Assembly: GCA_964473825.1 (NCBI GenBank)
Contig: CAYYQL010000002.1
Span: forward strand, 192,001-256,000
Reading direction: 5' to 3'
Length of the DNA stretch: 64,000 nucleotides
Origin: an uncultured archaeon
GTDB taxonomy: Archaea > Asgardarchaeota > Thorarchaeia > Thorarchaeales > Thorarchaeaceae
The translations under genes were made by a program, and so were the position numbers. Of the stretch, positions 27,497 to 37,327 are shown piece by piece (the stretch's first letter is position 1; every line of letters begins with the position of its first letter). Below the pieces are notes generated by a model. The model ran no database searches. It was not told the origin of the DNA and saw nothing but the letters and a program-made list of their open reading frames with translations.

Positions 27497-27570
27497 TGGC
27501 GAGTGATGAGTACAATGACCCCGATGAGTCAAGAAGACGATGATTTAGATCTTGAGTGACGAGCTCGCCA
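27497..27570 (+). ncRNA. Candidate box C/D sRNA
   Basis: Terminal stem TGGCGAG/CTCGCCA, then C box GTGATGA, 11 nt, D'-like CCGA, a GTC/GAC hairpin, C'-like ACGATGA, a guide-length spacer and a degenerate D box. Confidence 0.35.
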
Positions 27571-27667
27571 CCATTACTTTCGCTTACCTGTGCTCCTGGT
27601 GTACGATTAAGTGAACAGAGCGCAGAACGCTTTTAAGCATCTGCGTGACCTTCCATACTGGTCTGCA

Positions 27668-28867
27668 ATGTCACATGACTTCGTTGAAGACGAGCTGAGT
27701 CGACATAGTGTTTTCAAATCTGAACATTTCTTGTCAATCGATTATGTGCCAGAAGGCCTTCCTCATCGCGAAAAGGAGCTCCGAATGCTCGCTCAGACAT
27801 TCAAGACTCTCATCACTTCGCCTGGCCGAACAAGCATCAGACTCCTGATTGAGGGGCCCGTGGGCACGGGTAAGACAGCAGTGGCCAAGCGCTTCTCTGA
27901 GCAACTTGTACAAGCAGCCGATAGAAGAGACATAAGATTACACAAAGTTCACATCAATTGTCGTGTCAGTAAGAGTGTATATTTGGTGTACCTACGAATG
28001 CTTCGTGAGTTTAAACCTCGATTTCCAAAACGGGGCCACTCACCGCAGGAAATCCTTCAGATGCTTGTCGAGGTACTAGATAGGGAAGACAGGTATGTCC
28101 TCGTCATATTGGACGAACTAGACTATTTCATGAAGCAGCAGGGTGCGGACATTCTCTACGATCTGACTCGGTTAATGGATGACCGCTTGAACGCTCCTCA
28201 ACGAATTTCCATTATTGGCGTTGGTCGTCGAATTCCATTAGATAGTGATCTTCTTGATCAGAGTACCCGAAGCACTCTACAACGAAATATGCTACGATTT
28301 GACAAATACGACTTTTCCGCTCTTCTTGACATTCTAAGAGAACGAGTTTCCATGGCGTTTAAACCAGGTGCAATTATGAATGACACACTAGAATTGATAT
28401 GCAATATTGCATCTGAACGAGGCGATGCCCGATATGCAATCGAACTCCTGTGGCGTGCCGGCAAACAAGCAGACCGCGTTGAATCGGATGTGGTCATCCC
28501 TGACTATGCTCGCCAAGCAAAGGCCGATACTCACCCAGAACTCAGGAAAGAAGTCCTCACTACACTACCACTTCACAACAAACTGCTTCTTCTTGCTGCC
28601 ACTCGAAAACTGAAAGAGAATCGAGGGGCTTATGCAACTATAGGTGAAGTGGAAGAAATGTATGGTTCTATATGCGAGGAGTACGGGAAAGAACCCCGAG
28701 CACACACACAGGTGTGGGAGTGGGTTCAGGACCTGACTGCCCATGGTGTCATAGACACTCAACGTTCGGGTGCGGGTCAAAGGGGGCAGACCACAATGGT
28801 CGGCCTCTCAGATGTTCCAGCGCAAATGCTAGAACGCTTTCTAATTGAATTACTCGATAAGCGATAG
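27668..28867 (+). CDS. cdc6: Orc1/Cdc6 replication initiator
   Basis: LSIDYVP..LPHRE, GPVGTGKT, VHINC, ILDELD and GDARYAIELL motifs, plus a C-terminal wH domain (GQRGQT). The ORF track starts at 27611; ATG at 27668 is more likely. Confidence 0.96.
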   Translation: MSHDFVEDELSRHSVFKSEHFLSIDYVPEGLPHREKELRMLAQTFKTLITSPGRTSIRLLIEGPVGTGKTAVAKRFSEQLVQAADRRDIRLHKVHINCRVSKSVYLVYLRMLREFKPRFPKRGHSPQEILQMLVEVLDREDRYVLVILDELDYFMKQQGADILYDLTRLMDDRLNAPQRISIIGVGRRIPLDSDLLDQSTRSTLQRNMLRFDKYDFSALLDILRERVSMAFKPGAIMNDTLELICNIASERGDARYAIELLWRAGKQADRVESDVVIPDYARQAKADTHPELRKEVLTTLPLHNKLLLLAATRKLKENRGAYATIGEVEEMYGSICEEYGKEPRAHTQVWEWVQDLTAHGVIDTQRSGAGQRGQTTMVGLSDVPAQMLERFLIELLDKR

Positions 28868-28880
28868 GTTGCGATACTTG

Positions 28881-29168
28881 ATGACTGATGAAACCACCAC
28901 TTACATCCCCATTGAGGAGATTTTTTCGTCGAAAGGACGAATCAAGATACTGAAAGAATTGGCCCTTTCCCGCGAACTCAATATATCAGAACTATGCCGA
29001 AGAGTCAGCCTCAACCATACCACAACCAAGAAGCATCTCAATGCCCTCATGGATTCAGGACTCGTCGAAGAAAAGACATTCGGGCGGATTAAGATCTATA
29101 GATATAGAATCGAAGATTTGCGTGCTAGGTCTCTCAAGAACATGCTTGACCTTTGGCGTTCGACCTGA
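28881..29168 (+). CDS. ArsR-like winged-helix protein downstream of cdc6
   Basis: IFSSKGRIKILKEL...ELNISELCRRVSLNH.TT.KHL..L...GLVEEK.FGRIKIY. Confidence 0.85.
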   Translation: MTDETTTYIPIEEIFSSKGRIKILKELALSRELNISELCRRVSLNHTTTKKHLNALMDSGLVEEKTFGRIKIYRYRIEDLRARSLKNMLDLWRST

Positions 29169-29186
29169 GGGGGTTGTCAGTATACC

Positions 29187-30017
29187 GTGCCAATCTATGC
29201 AGTTCGATTGTTCTATCTTGGAACCCATTATCACGGATCTCAATATCAGCCTGGGCTTGACACGGTTCAAGGTCGATTGATAGAGGCCGTGGCCCAGTGG
29301 GAAGGGTTACCACATGATACCAAGACTGTTAGATTCTCAGGAAGAACCGATAGGGGCGTCCATAGTTTGGGGCAGCTGGTCACAATCGAAACAAATACTC
29401 CCTTGAATCTAAATGAAGTGAACAGACACCTACCTCAAGACATCGTCCTTTGGGCTCATACGCAGGTCGATGACTTGTTTAATCCTCGTCACAATGCACT
29501 TCTACGCCACTACCGATACTACCTACCGGCAGAAGACGCATCGCTATCATTATCCTTGATGAAAAAAGCTGCGCAGGAACTTGTCGGCACAAATAACTAT
29601 ATCCAACTCTCAAAGCCTAACGGTGATAGGACAACCTATGCAACACTTCTTGATATATCAATTTCCAGAAAAAGAAATGTGGTCTGTTTCGATGTATATG
29701 GAACCAACTTCCTTTGGAAACAAGTCCGCAAGATGGTTACACTGCTGTCTAACATTGGAAACGGACAGATTGAACCTGAGTTATCCCGAGAACTGGTAGA
29801 ATGCACTTGGAAACCACCCGGCGGGATACGTCCAGCTCCAGAGGAGGGTCTAGTGTTAATAGAAGTCATGGTCAACTTCAACATCAAACCCAATAGATAC
29901 GCACTGAATAGGGTCAGAAAGTGCCTGAATCATAGACTAGGTTTCTTTAGCAGAACACTGATAGCACTGAATGGCTTGACTAATGACGTCCAATCTTATC
30001 GATATCCCTTTTACTAG
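29187..30017 (+). CDS. truA: tRNA pseudouridine(38-40) synthase
   Basis: YLGT.YHGSQYQP, GRTDRGVHSLGQ, R.YRY and FLWKQVRKMV motifs. Confidence 0.93.
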   Translation: MPIYAVRLFYLGTHYHGSQYQPGLDTVQGRLIEAVAQWEGLPHDTKTVRFSGRTDRGVHSLGQLVTIETNTPLNLNEVNRHLPQDIVLWAHTQVDDLFNPRHNALLRHYRYYLPAEDASLSLSLMKKAAQELVGTNNYIQLSKPNGDRTTYATLLDISISRKRNVVCFDVYGTNFLWKQVRKMVTLLSNIGNGQIEPELSRELVECTWKPPGGIRPAPEEGLVLIEVMVNFNIKPNRYALNRVRKCLNHRLGFFSRTLIALNGLTNDVQSYRYPFY

Positions 30018-31209
30018 CTTTCAACCAGTCCGCAAACTCAGACTTCATGGCAGGCTCTCTTTGAACTATTGTCCCAATGACCTCTTGGTGTGTCTTAGCA
30101 ACGCGTTGTTGTGAGATCCCAGATACTTGTGACAGCTTGGCCATTGTCTTCGCTCTCTTATCTGTGGTTCTCCTTCCTCGCCAGACAAGAAGCGGCCAAG
30201 TTGGCCTGTCATAATGAACGGAACGAAATGCTGTCCGGGTGCGACTCGTGCTCGTACCTACAGAGAGAAAGTCGTAGACATATGACAGAAGCTTCCAATT
30301 CTGTTGCTTCATTATTCTACCCAAGTTCAAATCGGCAATTGAGAGAGCATCCATCCCAGAAGAGAGTTCCTTCATTGTCTTCAAATGATGATGCATATTC
30401 TCATCAAGCCATAGTAGAATCTCGTCATGATTCGAATCTGTTTCTGATATTACTCTTCTTGCGACCGAGGGATCTGTAGTAGCAAAGAGCTTCCTGATTG
30501 CAGTATCAATCCTTCGGCGTTCATTACGGGCAGCAAGTCCCATCTTCTTCCCCGTGACGCCGCCTCTGATTGCCTTCTCCAGATCCGAGATTGCTGCCCT
30601 CATATCGCCCCCTGATTGTTCGACTATCGTCATCAAATCTTCTAGTTCGACGCGATGGCCAGAGTCATTCAAGATTCCTCTTAGCACATCAACCATGTTC
30701 TCTGATGCAATAGCACGAAACTCCAAGACTACAGACCGTTTCTTGATGTCTTTCAGTCTTGGACTATCGGGGTCATTCGCCGTCATCACGATCGGATGGA
30801 CTGTCTTCTCTACAACTTGTAAGATAGCTCGTACTCCACCTCTGTCGCTAGTCCCAGAGAGCCCATCAACCTCATCAAGTAGGATGATTCTCATTCTCCC
30901 ATCTATTGTCTGTTGAGTGGCTGCCCTCCAGACCTGTCTTTCTATCGCACCCTTATTGCGCTTGTCACTAGCATTGAACTCCACTAGTTCGGCGTCTAAG
31001 TCATTGACCAACGCACCCACAGATGCAGTCTTTCCCACACCAGGGGGGCCAATAAGAAGAACCGCCCTACTATCAGGCGCTCCATCTTTCCAAGACTCTA
31101 ACCATAGCTTCAATTTGTTTACAGAAACGGTGTTCCCAACTACCTGTGAGATAGAAGTTGGTCTGTATTTCTCCGGCCAAGGAAGTGACTCGTGAGAACG
31201 CAAATTCAA
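29980..31209 (-). CDS. rfcL: Replication factor C large subunit
   Basis: PWPEKYRP, GPPGVGKT, EFNASD, LLDEVDG and GDMRAAI motifs with an RfcL-type C-terminus. Confidence 0.93.
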   Translation of the reverse strand: MNLRSHESLPWPEKYRPTSISQVVGNTVSVNKLKLWLESWKDGAPDSRAVLLIGPPGVGKTASVGALVNDLDAELVEFNASDKRNKGAIERQVWRAATQQTIDGRMRIILLDEVDGLSGTSDRGGVRAILQVVEKTVHPIVMTANDPDSPRLKDIKKRSVVLEFRAIASENMVDVLRGILNDSGHRVELEDLMTIVEQSGGDMRAAISDLEKAIRGGVTGKKMGLAARNERRRIDTAIRKLFATTDPSVARRVISETDSNHDEILLWLDENMHHHLKTMKELSSGMDALSIADLNLGRIMKQQNWKLLSYVYDFLSVGTSTSRTRTAFRSVHYDRPTWPLLVWRGRRTTDKRAKTMAKLSQVSGISQQRVAKTHQEVIGTIVQREPAMKSEFADWLKASKRDIDKIGRH

Positions 31210-32156
31210 TCCTCCATTCCAAGGTACGCTAGTAATGCAGTAATCTGTACTTCTCCATTTGCCCCCTCGGACACTCTGAATTCTGCCTCTGCATTTCTCT
31301 CAAGAATTCGCACCAGCCTATGGGATGCAAGTTCGAAACTCTTCAACTCTCGGTGAATCTGTCTTACCAAATCCACTGGTGAAACTCCCGAGCTATAAAT
31401 CAGCTCTTCAAGTATTTCTATGGCCCCCATCTGGTTTCCCAACAGAGCCTTGTCAAGCATATCTCTGACTAGATCTGGATTCGCTCGTCCAGAGATACTA
31501 TACACTATTTCTTCAGAGATTGTCTGACCGGTTGAGGATGCTGCCTGAAGCAAGTTGACTGCCGCTCGCATGTCACCATCAGCAAGGTACAGTATTGCGT
31601 CTATCCCTGTGCTGTCAATGGACACAGTTTCATGTTTTGCTATGTATCTCAGTCGATCAGCTATATCATCATTAGGAAGTCTGGAGAACCTGAACACTGC
31701 ACATCTTGACTGAATAGGGGGGATAATCCGACTCGAGTAATTGCATATCAGAATCATCCTGCAAGACTTGGCATAGGCTTCCATTGTTCGTCTTAGAGCG
31801 TGTTGTGCATCTGCTGTGAGATGGTCTGCTTCGTCTAGAACAAGAATCTTGAATGGCGCGGTTCCTGACGGAACAGTACGCGCAAAGTTCTTCACTTGAT
31901 TTCTAACAACATCGATACCCCTTTCATCGCTGGCATTCAATTCCATGAAATTGCGGTCGAATGAGTCGCCAAACAGATCTCGAGCCATAGCCATGGCTGC
32001 CGTAGTCTTGCTGGTACCGGGTGGGCCACTGAATAGACAATGTGGAACCGCCCTTTTCTGTACGAATTTCTTCAGGCTCTCAATAACAGATTCTTGGCCG
32101 ATTATTTCATCTAGCGTGGGCGGTCTGTACTTCTCGGTCCAGAGGTCTATCTCCAT
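31206..32156 (-). CDS. rfcS: Replication factor C small subunit
   Basis: LWTEKYRP, GPPGTSKT, ELNASDERG, LDEAD, AQHALRRTME and IQSRC motifs. No intein. Confidence 0.97.
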   Translation of the reverse strand: MEIDLWTEKYRPPTLDEIIGQESVIESLKKFVQKRAVPHCLFSGPPGTSKTTAAMAMARDLFGDSFDRNFMELNASDERGIDVVRNQVKNFARTVPSGTAPFKILVLDEADHLTADAQHALRRTMEAYAKSCRMILICNYSSRIIPPIQSRCAVFRFSRLPNDDIADRLRYIAKHETVSIDSTGIDAILYLADGDMRAAVNLLQAASSTGQTISEEIVYSISGRANPDLVRDMLDKALLGNQMGAIEILEELIYSSGVSPVDLVRQIHRELKSFELASHRLVRILERNAEAEFRVSEGANGEVQITALLAYLGMED

Positions 32157-32343
32157 TCTAGATTTCCATCCATCATTTCACTGGTCACATGAAACTGGTG
32201 TTTCTATGTCATGCTATTCGCAACCACAAACTGGAACCTTAATAGGTTCTCCTACAAAACACGATTAGTCATGAACCGAGTTCTTCATTCAGTTCATTTA
32301 TGATACCACTAATAGACGACAAAGTGTACCAAGGTGAGGCGAA

Positions 32344-32901
32344 ATGGCACTGGCTACCGAAACAGCTACAATAATCCAGCGATTCCAAATACAGTTCCTT
32401 AATGACATAAGAACCTGCATCTGCCTGCGAGACATTCCAGAGGTTGTTGTGGGTGGTCGGAAGTATGGCCCCTTCCAATCCGATACTCGCATCGGTCTCC
32501 CAAACTGGGCCATTGATGTCCTATCTAAACATGGGCTGGTTGAGGTAGTGCCAGAGGAAACTTTCGAGTCCTTAAGGAGGCTTCAAAACATATACAATGC
32601 AGAGAAGACAAGTCCCTACAGTCTCCAGACACTTCATCCCATGCTATATGCCGCATTACGACAGAAACTAAACCGCCTCCAGAGCGACAAAACATCACTC
32701 GATTCTAGAAGCTATGAAACAATCGAACGAATTCAGACCATGATACCATTGCTTGTAGAAACTCGCCTATCTAGTATAATCAGGGCTGCAAAATCCGGGA
32801 TGTACAAAGACATGAGAAAGCATATGACGAATGAGGAACGATGGCTATGTGAGAAACTCAGCCATATACTCTCAGTTTGGCGCGAAACCGTATCGGAATG
32901 A
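32344..32901 (+). CDS. GINS complex subunit, Gins23 (Psf2/Psf3-like)
   Basis: N-terminal B domain (YGPF....I.LP.W...L) followed by a helical A domain (RL..I..AA, MTNEE). Directly upstream of mcm. Confidence 0.82.
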   Translation: MALATETATIIQRFQIQFLNDIRTCICLRDIPEVVVGGRKYGPFQSDTRIGLPNWAIDVLSKHGLVEVVPEETFESLRRLQNIYNAEKTSPYSLQTLHPMLYAALRQKLNRLQSDKTSLDSRSYETIERIQTMIPLLVETRLSSIIRAAKSGMYKDMRKHMTNEERWLCEKLSHILSVWRETVSE

Positions 32902-33007
32902 ATATCGGTCAATACACGAGCTTAAATATGTACGAACCGAACACCGGTTTGGGCTCTGAGCAGAAAGCCGACCAGCTGACATACAAGTAACTTAGGGGCG
33001 TGATCTA

Positions 33008-35080
33008 GTGACTTTTGATGAAGATCCACAAGAAAGATTCGAGGAATTTCTGCGTACCTACAAGAATGAGCAGGGCAACTTGGTCTACTGGACCCGAATC
33101 CAAAGCATGGGGCTCAACGATGAGACCTCCCTTTCAGTGGATTTCCAAGACCTTGTGAGTTTCAGCAATGTATTCATGGCCGAAGCTGCAGACGACCCTG
33201 AGGAGTTTCTCAATACGGCGAGCAACGCGTTGATATCGCTCTTGAGAACAGAAGATCCCGACTATGTTTCTCATTTCAATCCGCCACTCCCATTTAAGGT
33301 CAGAATCACGAACTATACAAATCACGTTCCTCTTCGTGCTCTTCGATCAATACACATCGGCAAAATCATCCATATAAGCGGGATTATGATGCGTGCGAGC
33401 GAAGTAAAACCGCTTCTTGTCACTGCGATATTTCAATGTAGAGAATGCGAAACTGAGATACCTCAGACGCAAATTGACGGGCGCTATACAGAACCCCTCA
33501 TATGCTCCCAATGTGGTAAGAAGACCTCTATGCGGCTCATTCCAGAAAAATCATCATTCATTGACTGGCAGAAAGTTCGAATACAAGAAAGCCCCGAGGA
33601 GCTACCACCAGGTCAGATGCCACGTTCAGTCGATGTGATTCTGGAAGGGGACATTGTCGACACTTCTCGTCCAGGAGACATGGTGAAAATAACAGGCATC
33701 TTAAAGACCTCTCCTGACTTTTCCAGACGGGGTGGGAGGCTAGCGACTTTTAGAATATTCATCCAAGCCAATGGTGTTGAGATAACAGAAAAAGAGTACG
33801 AACAGATAGAAATATCCGAGGAAGACGAAAAGGAGATTCACAAGCTTGCAGAAGATCCATATGTTCATGAGAGAATATACTCTTCAATTGCACCCTCGAT
33901 TAAAGGGCATGATTTAATCAAAGAATCTATCGCTCTACTGCTCTTTGGAGGCGTTGGCAAGACCCTTCCCGATGGAACAAGGTTAAGGGGCCGATCAAAC
34001 ATACTCATGATTGGCGATCCTGGAACAGGGAAAAGCCAGATTCTGAAGTTTGTGGCAGGTCTTGCATCCCGTGCTCTCTATACATCTGGCAAGGGAACCA
34101 CCGCAGCTGGTCTTACAGCTGCTGTTATGCACGACACCGATACGGGGACAATGACATTGGAGGCTGGAGCTCTTGTTCTTGCAGATCAGGGCATTGCATG
34201 CATTGACGAGTTTGATAAGATGGATCCAAACGACCGAACGGCGATTCATGAAGCGATGGAGCAACACACGGTGAGCATTGCAAAGGCAGGAATCGTTGCT
34301 ACGCTGAATGCAAGAACATCAATACTTGCAGCAGCTAATCCCACACTTGGCAGATACGAACCATCCAACTCTGTGCAGGACAACATCAAACTACCTTTTA
34401 CAATTCTTTCCCGATTCGATCTCATTTGGATACTAGTTGATACAGTCGAGGAAACAAAGGATCGGGAACTAGCCCGATTCATTCTTGGAATGCATCAGAG
34501 AATGAAAACACCCGTTGAGGGCGATATGTCGCCTATTAGAGCAGCTTTTCTGAAGAAGTACATTGGTTTTGCTAATAGGTACGTCATTCCACGACTTACT
34601 ACTGAAGCTGCCGAAGTTATTGAGCGTTTCTATGTGGGTCTTCGAAAGGGTGCTGAGGGCGGAGCAGCACCTGTTCCCATAACGGCAAGGCAGCTTGAGG
34701 CTCTTGTCCGTCTTGCCGAAGCCCGCGCGAAAATGGCACTGAAATCAAGGGTGACAGAAGAAGATGCTAAAGCGGCCGTTTCCCTCATGGAGGAGTCCCT
34801 CAGAATGGTTGCCCTCGACAGGACAACAGGAAAAATAGACATCGACAGCGTTGTTTCCACAATGAGCGCCTCGCAGAGAAGCTCATCAGACATCATTATC
34901 AAGGCCATGAAGGACCTTGAAGCAGAGGGGTCCTCTACTGTGAGTGAAGATGCACTGTTTGAAAGAGTGGCCAACATGGGTCTTGCAAAAGAAAGGGCAC
35001 AAGAGGTTATACGGAAGCTTCTTGCTCAAGGTATCCTCTTCAATCCACGTGAAGGCAAAATAAGACGTGCACAGAGCTAA
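33008..35080 (+). CDS. mcm: Replicative helicase MCM
   Basis: C4 Zn finger, QESPE..PPGQMPR, GDPGTGKSQ, CIDEFDKM, SRFD and ITARQLE motifs. No intein. Confidence 0.98.
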   Translation: MTFDEDPQERFEEFLRTYKNEQGNLVYWTRIQSMGLNDETSLSVDFQDLVSFSNVFMAEAADDPEEFLNTASNALISLLRTEDPDYVSHFNPPLPFKVRITNYTNHVPLRALRSIHIGKIIHISGIMMRASEVKPLLVTAIFQCRECETEIPQTQIDGRYTEPLICSQCGKKTSMRLIPEKSSFIDWQKVRIQESPEELPPGQMPRSVDVILEGDIVDTSRPGDMVKITGILKTSPDFSRRGGRLATFRIFIQANGVEITEKEYEQIEISEEDEKEIHKLAEDPYVHERIYSSIAPSIKGHDLIKESIALLLFGGVGKTLPDGTRLRGRSNILMIGDPGTGKSQILKFVAGLASRALYTSGKGTTAAGLTAAVMHDTDTGTMTLEAGALVLADQGIACIDEFDKMDPNDRTAIHEAMEQHTVSIAKAGIVATLNARTSILAAANPTLGRYEPSNSVQDNIKLPFTILSRFDLIWILVDTVEETKDRELARFILGMHQRMKTPVEGDMSPIRAAFLKKYIGFANRYVIPRLTTEAAEVIERFYVGLRKGAEGGAAPVPITARQLEALVRLAEARAKMALKSRVTEEDAKAAVSLMEESLRMVALDRTTGKIDIDSVVSTMSASQRSSSDIIIKAMKDLEAEGSSTVSEDALFERVANMGLAKERAQEVIRKLLAQGILFNPREGKIRRAQS

Positions 35081-35118
35081 TCTGCAATCGGGAGTGGAAG
35101 CTAACGCAAGTCAGAGAT

Positions 35119-37326
35119 TTGCCATTGAATGAAAAGATTCTGGAGATTCTGGAGAAGGACGGCATCTCCAAGCTTTTTCCACCACAAGCTGAGGCTTTCA
35201 AGACTGATGTCTTAGACGGATGCAACTTGGTACTAGCTATCCCAACCAGCTCCGGAAAGACACTCGTTGCTGAGGTGGCGATTCTAAAGGCGATATCTGA
35301 GGGCCTAGGCAAAGCTCTCTATCTCGTTCCTCTAAAGTCACTTGCCAGAGAGAAGTACTTGGAATTCCAAAAATATAATTCGTTGGGCATCAGAACAGCT
35401 ATGTCAGTTGGAGACTATGATTCTCCCGGCACTCGTCTGGACGACGCAGATATCCTGATTCTCACAACAGAACGTGCTGATTCATTGATCAGACATCAGG
35501 CTTCATGGCTTTCAGAGATCTGTATTGTGATTGCAGACGAAATACATCTTGTCAATGACTCTTCAAGAGGCCCTACACTCGAAATGGTTATGGCCAAAAT
35601 AATGCAGATGTCGTCGCATACTCAGATTATCGCTCTAAGTGCAACGATATCCAACTCGGGTGAAATAGCCGGGTGGCTCAGAGCACAACTTGTGAAGAGC
35701 AACTGGAGACCTGTACCCCTTCGTGAAGGAGTGTTTCTTGATGACTCCATCCGATTTGATGATGGTAATATCAAGGAAATTGAGCGAAAGCGGGAATATC
35801 CCATAAATGACCTCATAGCTGACACTCTTGAAGAGGGAGGACAGGTACTGATTTTCGTGTCAAGTCGCCGTTCTACTATTGCGGTAGCCAAGAGGGCGGC
35901 CCCGTCTGTTCGCCCCTTTCTGAATAGAAATGAAACATCAAAGCTGGCTGACATTCGCAAGACCATATTGCAGAAGCCCTCCCTACCAGAAACAATCCGA
36001 ACACTTGCCCGAGTCATGGGGAATGGCGTTGCATTTCATCATGCAGGCCTAACGAATAATGAGCGTACTAGAATTGAGGATGCTTTCAGAAACAACTTGC
36101 TGAAGGCAATTGTTGCAACTCCGACACTAGCAGCAGGCGTCAATCTCCCTGCGAGACGTGCCATCATACGGGACTATCGTAGATTTGAATATGGACGAGG
36201 CAGTTATCCTATCCCCATCCTTGAGTACAAACAGATGGCTGGACGCGCCGGCCGCCCCAAATACGATGATTACGGGGAGGCCCTTCTAGTAGCCAAGACA
36301 TTCGAGGAATATGAGCAGCTCTATGACAACTATGTCCTTTCGGAGCCAGAAGACGTTTCCTCCAAACTTGCATCAGAACGAGCTCTACGGTTTCATCTTC
36401 TTTCTTCAATATCTGCGGGTATGACCCACAGCAGAAACGATATTGACACTCTCATTGAGGGCACTTTCTTCTCTGTTCAATTCAAAAGGAGCCATATTGA
36501 CGCCTACGTTGATTCCGCGTTGATGTTTCTAGAGGAGGGGCTTCTAGTAGACCGCGAGGATAATAACAGATACAACGCAACAGCGCTTGGCCATAGAACC
36601 TCACAACTCTACATAGATCCAGAAACCGCTGTCGTACTAAAAGACACGTTGCCAGAAATCGAGGACCCTACTACATTCGCCCTCTTACACCTCCTATGCC
36701 ATACACCGAACCAATCTTTGACCTATGTAAATCAATCTGAGGCTGAGAACTATGAATTCTTTCTCCAAGAAATCTCAGAGAACCTTCTCTTTGGCTCCCC
36801 TGACCCTTGGGAAGACCCCCAAGCATACTCCCAGTTTCTGGCCGAAATAAAGACTGCACGGTTGTTAGATGATTGGATATCTGAGCGGACGGAACGAGAC
36901 ATTACGGATGAATATCGGGTTGGCATGGGTGATGTACACAGATACGTGCGTACGGCCGAATGGTTGATGTACTCAACAAGTGAAATATCTCGTGTAATTG
37001 GTGTAGGCAATCTGGTGCCCGTTCTACGCCGCTTACGTTCCAGATTAAAATACGGGGTGGAGGAACCCCTTCTCGAACTTGTAAAACTAAGAGGAATAGG
37101 ACGTGTTAGAGGTCGCATGCTTTTCAATCATGGTTACAAAGACCTCAAGGAACTTTATAGTGCACCCGTTGAGGCTATAGCTCGAGTCCCCTCTATTGGC
37201 ACAACAATTGCGCAATCCATAAAGAAACAGTTGGGTATCGAGGTTAACGAGATTCCGCCTTTGACAGAGGGCCAAGAAGAAACCCAAGGCAAACCCGGTG
37301 TTCAGACCCTACTCGACGACTTCTAA
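35119..37326 (+). CDS. hel308: Ski2-like DNA helicase Hel308
   Basis: PTSSGKT, DEIH, LSATI, FHHAGL, TPTLAAGVNLPA and QMAGRAGRP motifs with a C-terminal HhH. Confidence 0.95.
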   Translation: MPLNEKILEILEKDGISKLFPPQAEAFKTDVLDGCNLVLAIPTSSGKTLVAEVAILKAISEGLGKALYLVPLKSLAREKYLEFQKYNSLGIRTAMSVGDYDSPGTRLDDADILILTTERADSLIRHQASWLSEICIVIADEIHLVNDSSRGPTLEMVMAKIMQMSSHTQIIALSATISNSGEIAGWLRAQLVKSNWRPVPLREGVFLDDSIRFDDGNIKEIERKREYPINDLIADTLEEGGQVLIFVSSRRSTIAVAKRAAPSVRPFLNRNETSKLADIRKTILQKPSLPETIRTLARVMGNGVAFHHAGLTNNERTRIEDAFRNNLLKAIVATPTLAAGVNLPARRAIIRDYRRFEYGRGSYPIPILEYKQMAGRAGRPKYDDYGEALLVAKTFEEYEQLYDNYVLSEPEDVSSKLASERALRFHLLSSISAGMTHSRNDIDTLIEGTFFSVQFKRSHIDAYVDSALMFLEEGLLVDREDNNRYNATALGHRTSQLYIDPETAVVLKDTLPEIEDPTTFALLHLLCHTPNQSLTYVNQSEAENYEFFLQEISENLLFGSPDPWEDPQAYSQFLAEIKTARLLDDWISERTERDITDEYRVGMGDVHRYVRTAEWLMYSTSEISRVIGVGNLVPVLRRLRSRLKYGVEEPLLELVKLRGIGRVRGRMLFNHGYKDLKELYSAPVEAIARVPSIGTTIAQSIKKQLGIEVNEIPPLTEGQEETQGKPGVQTLLDDF

Positions 37327-37327
37327 T

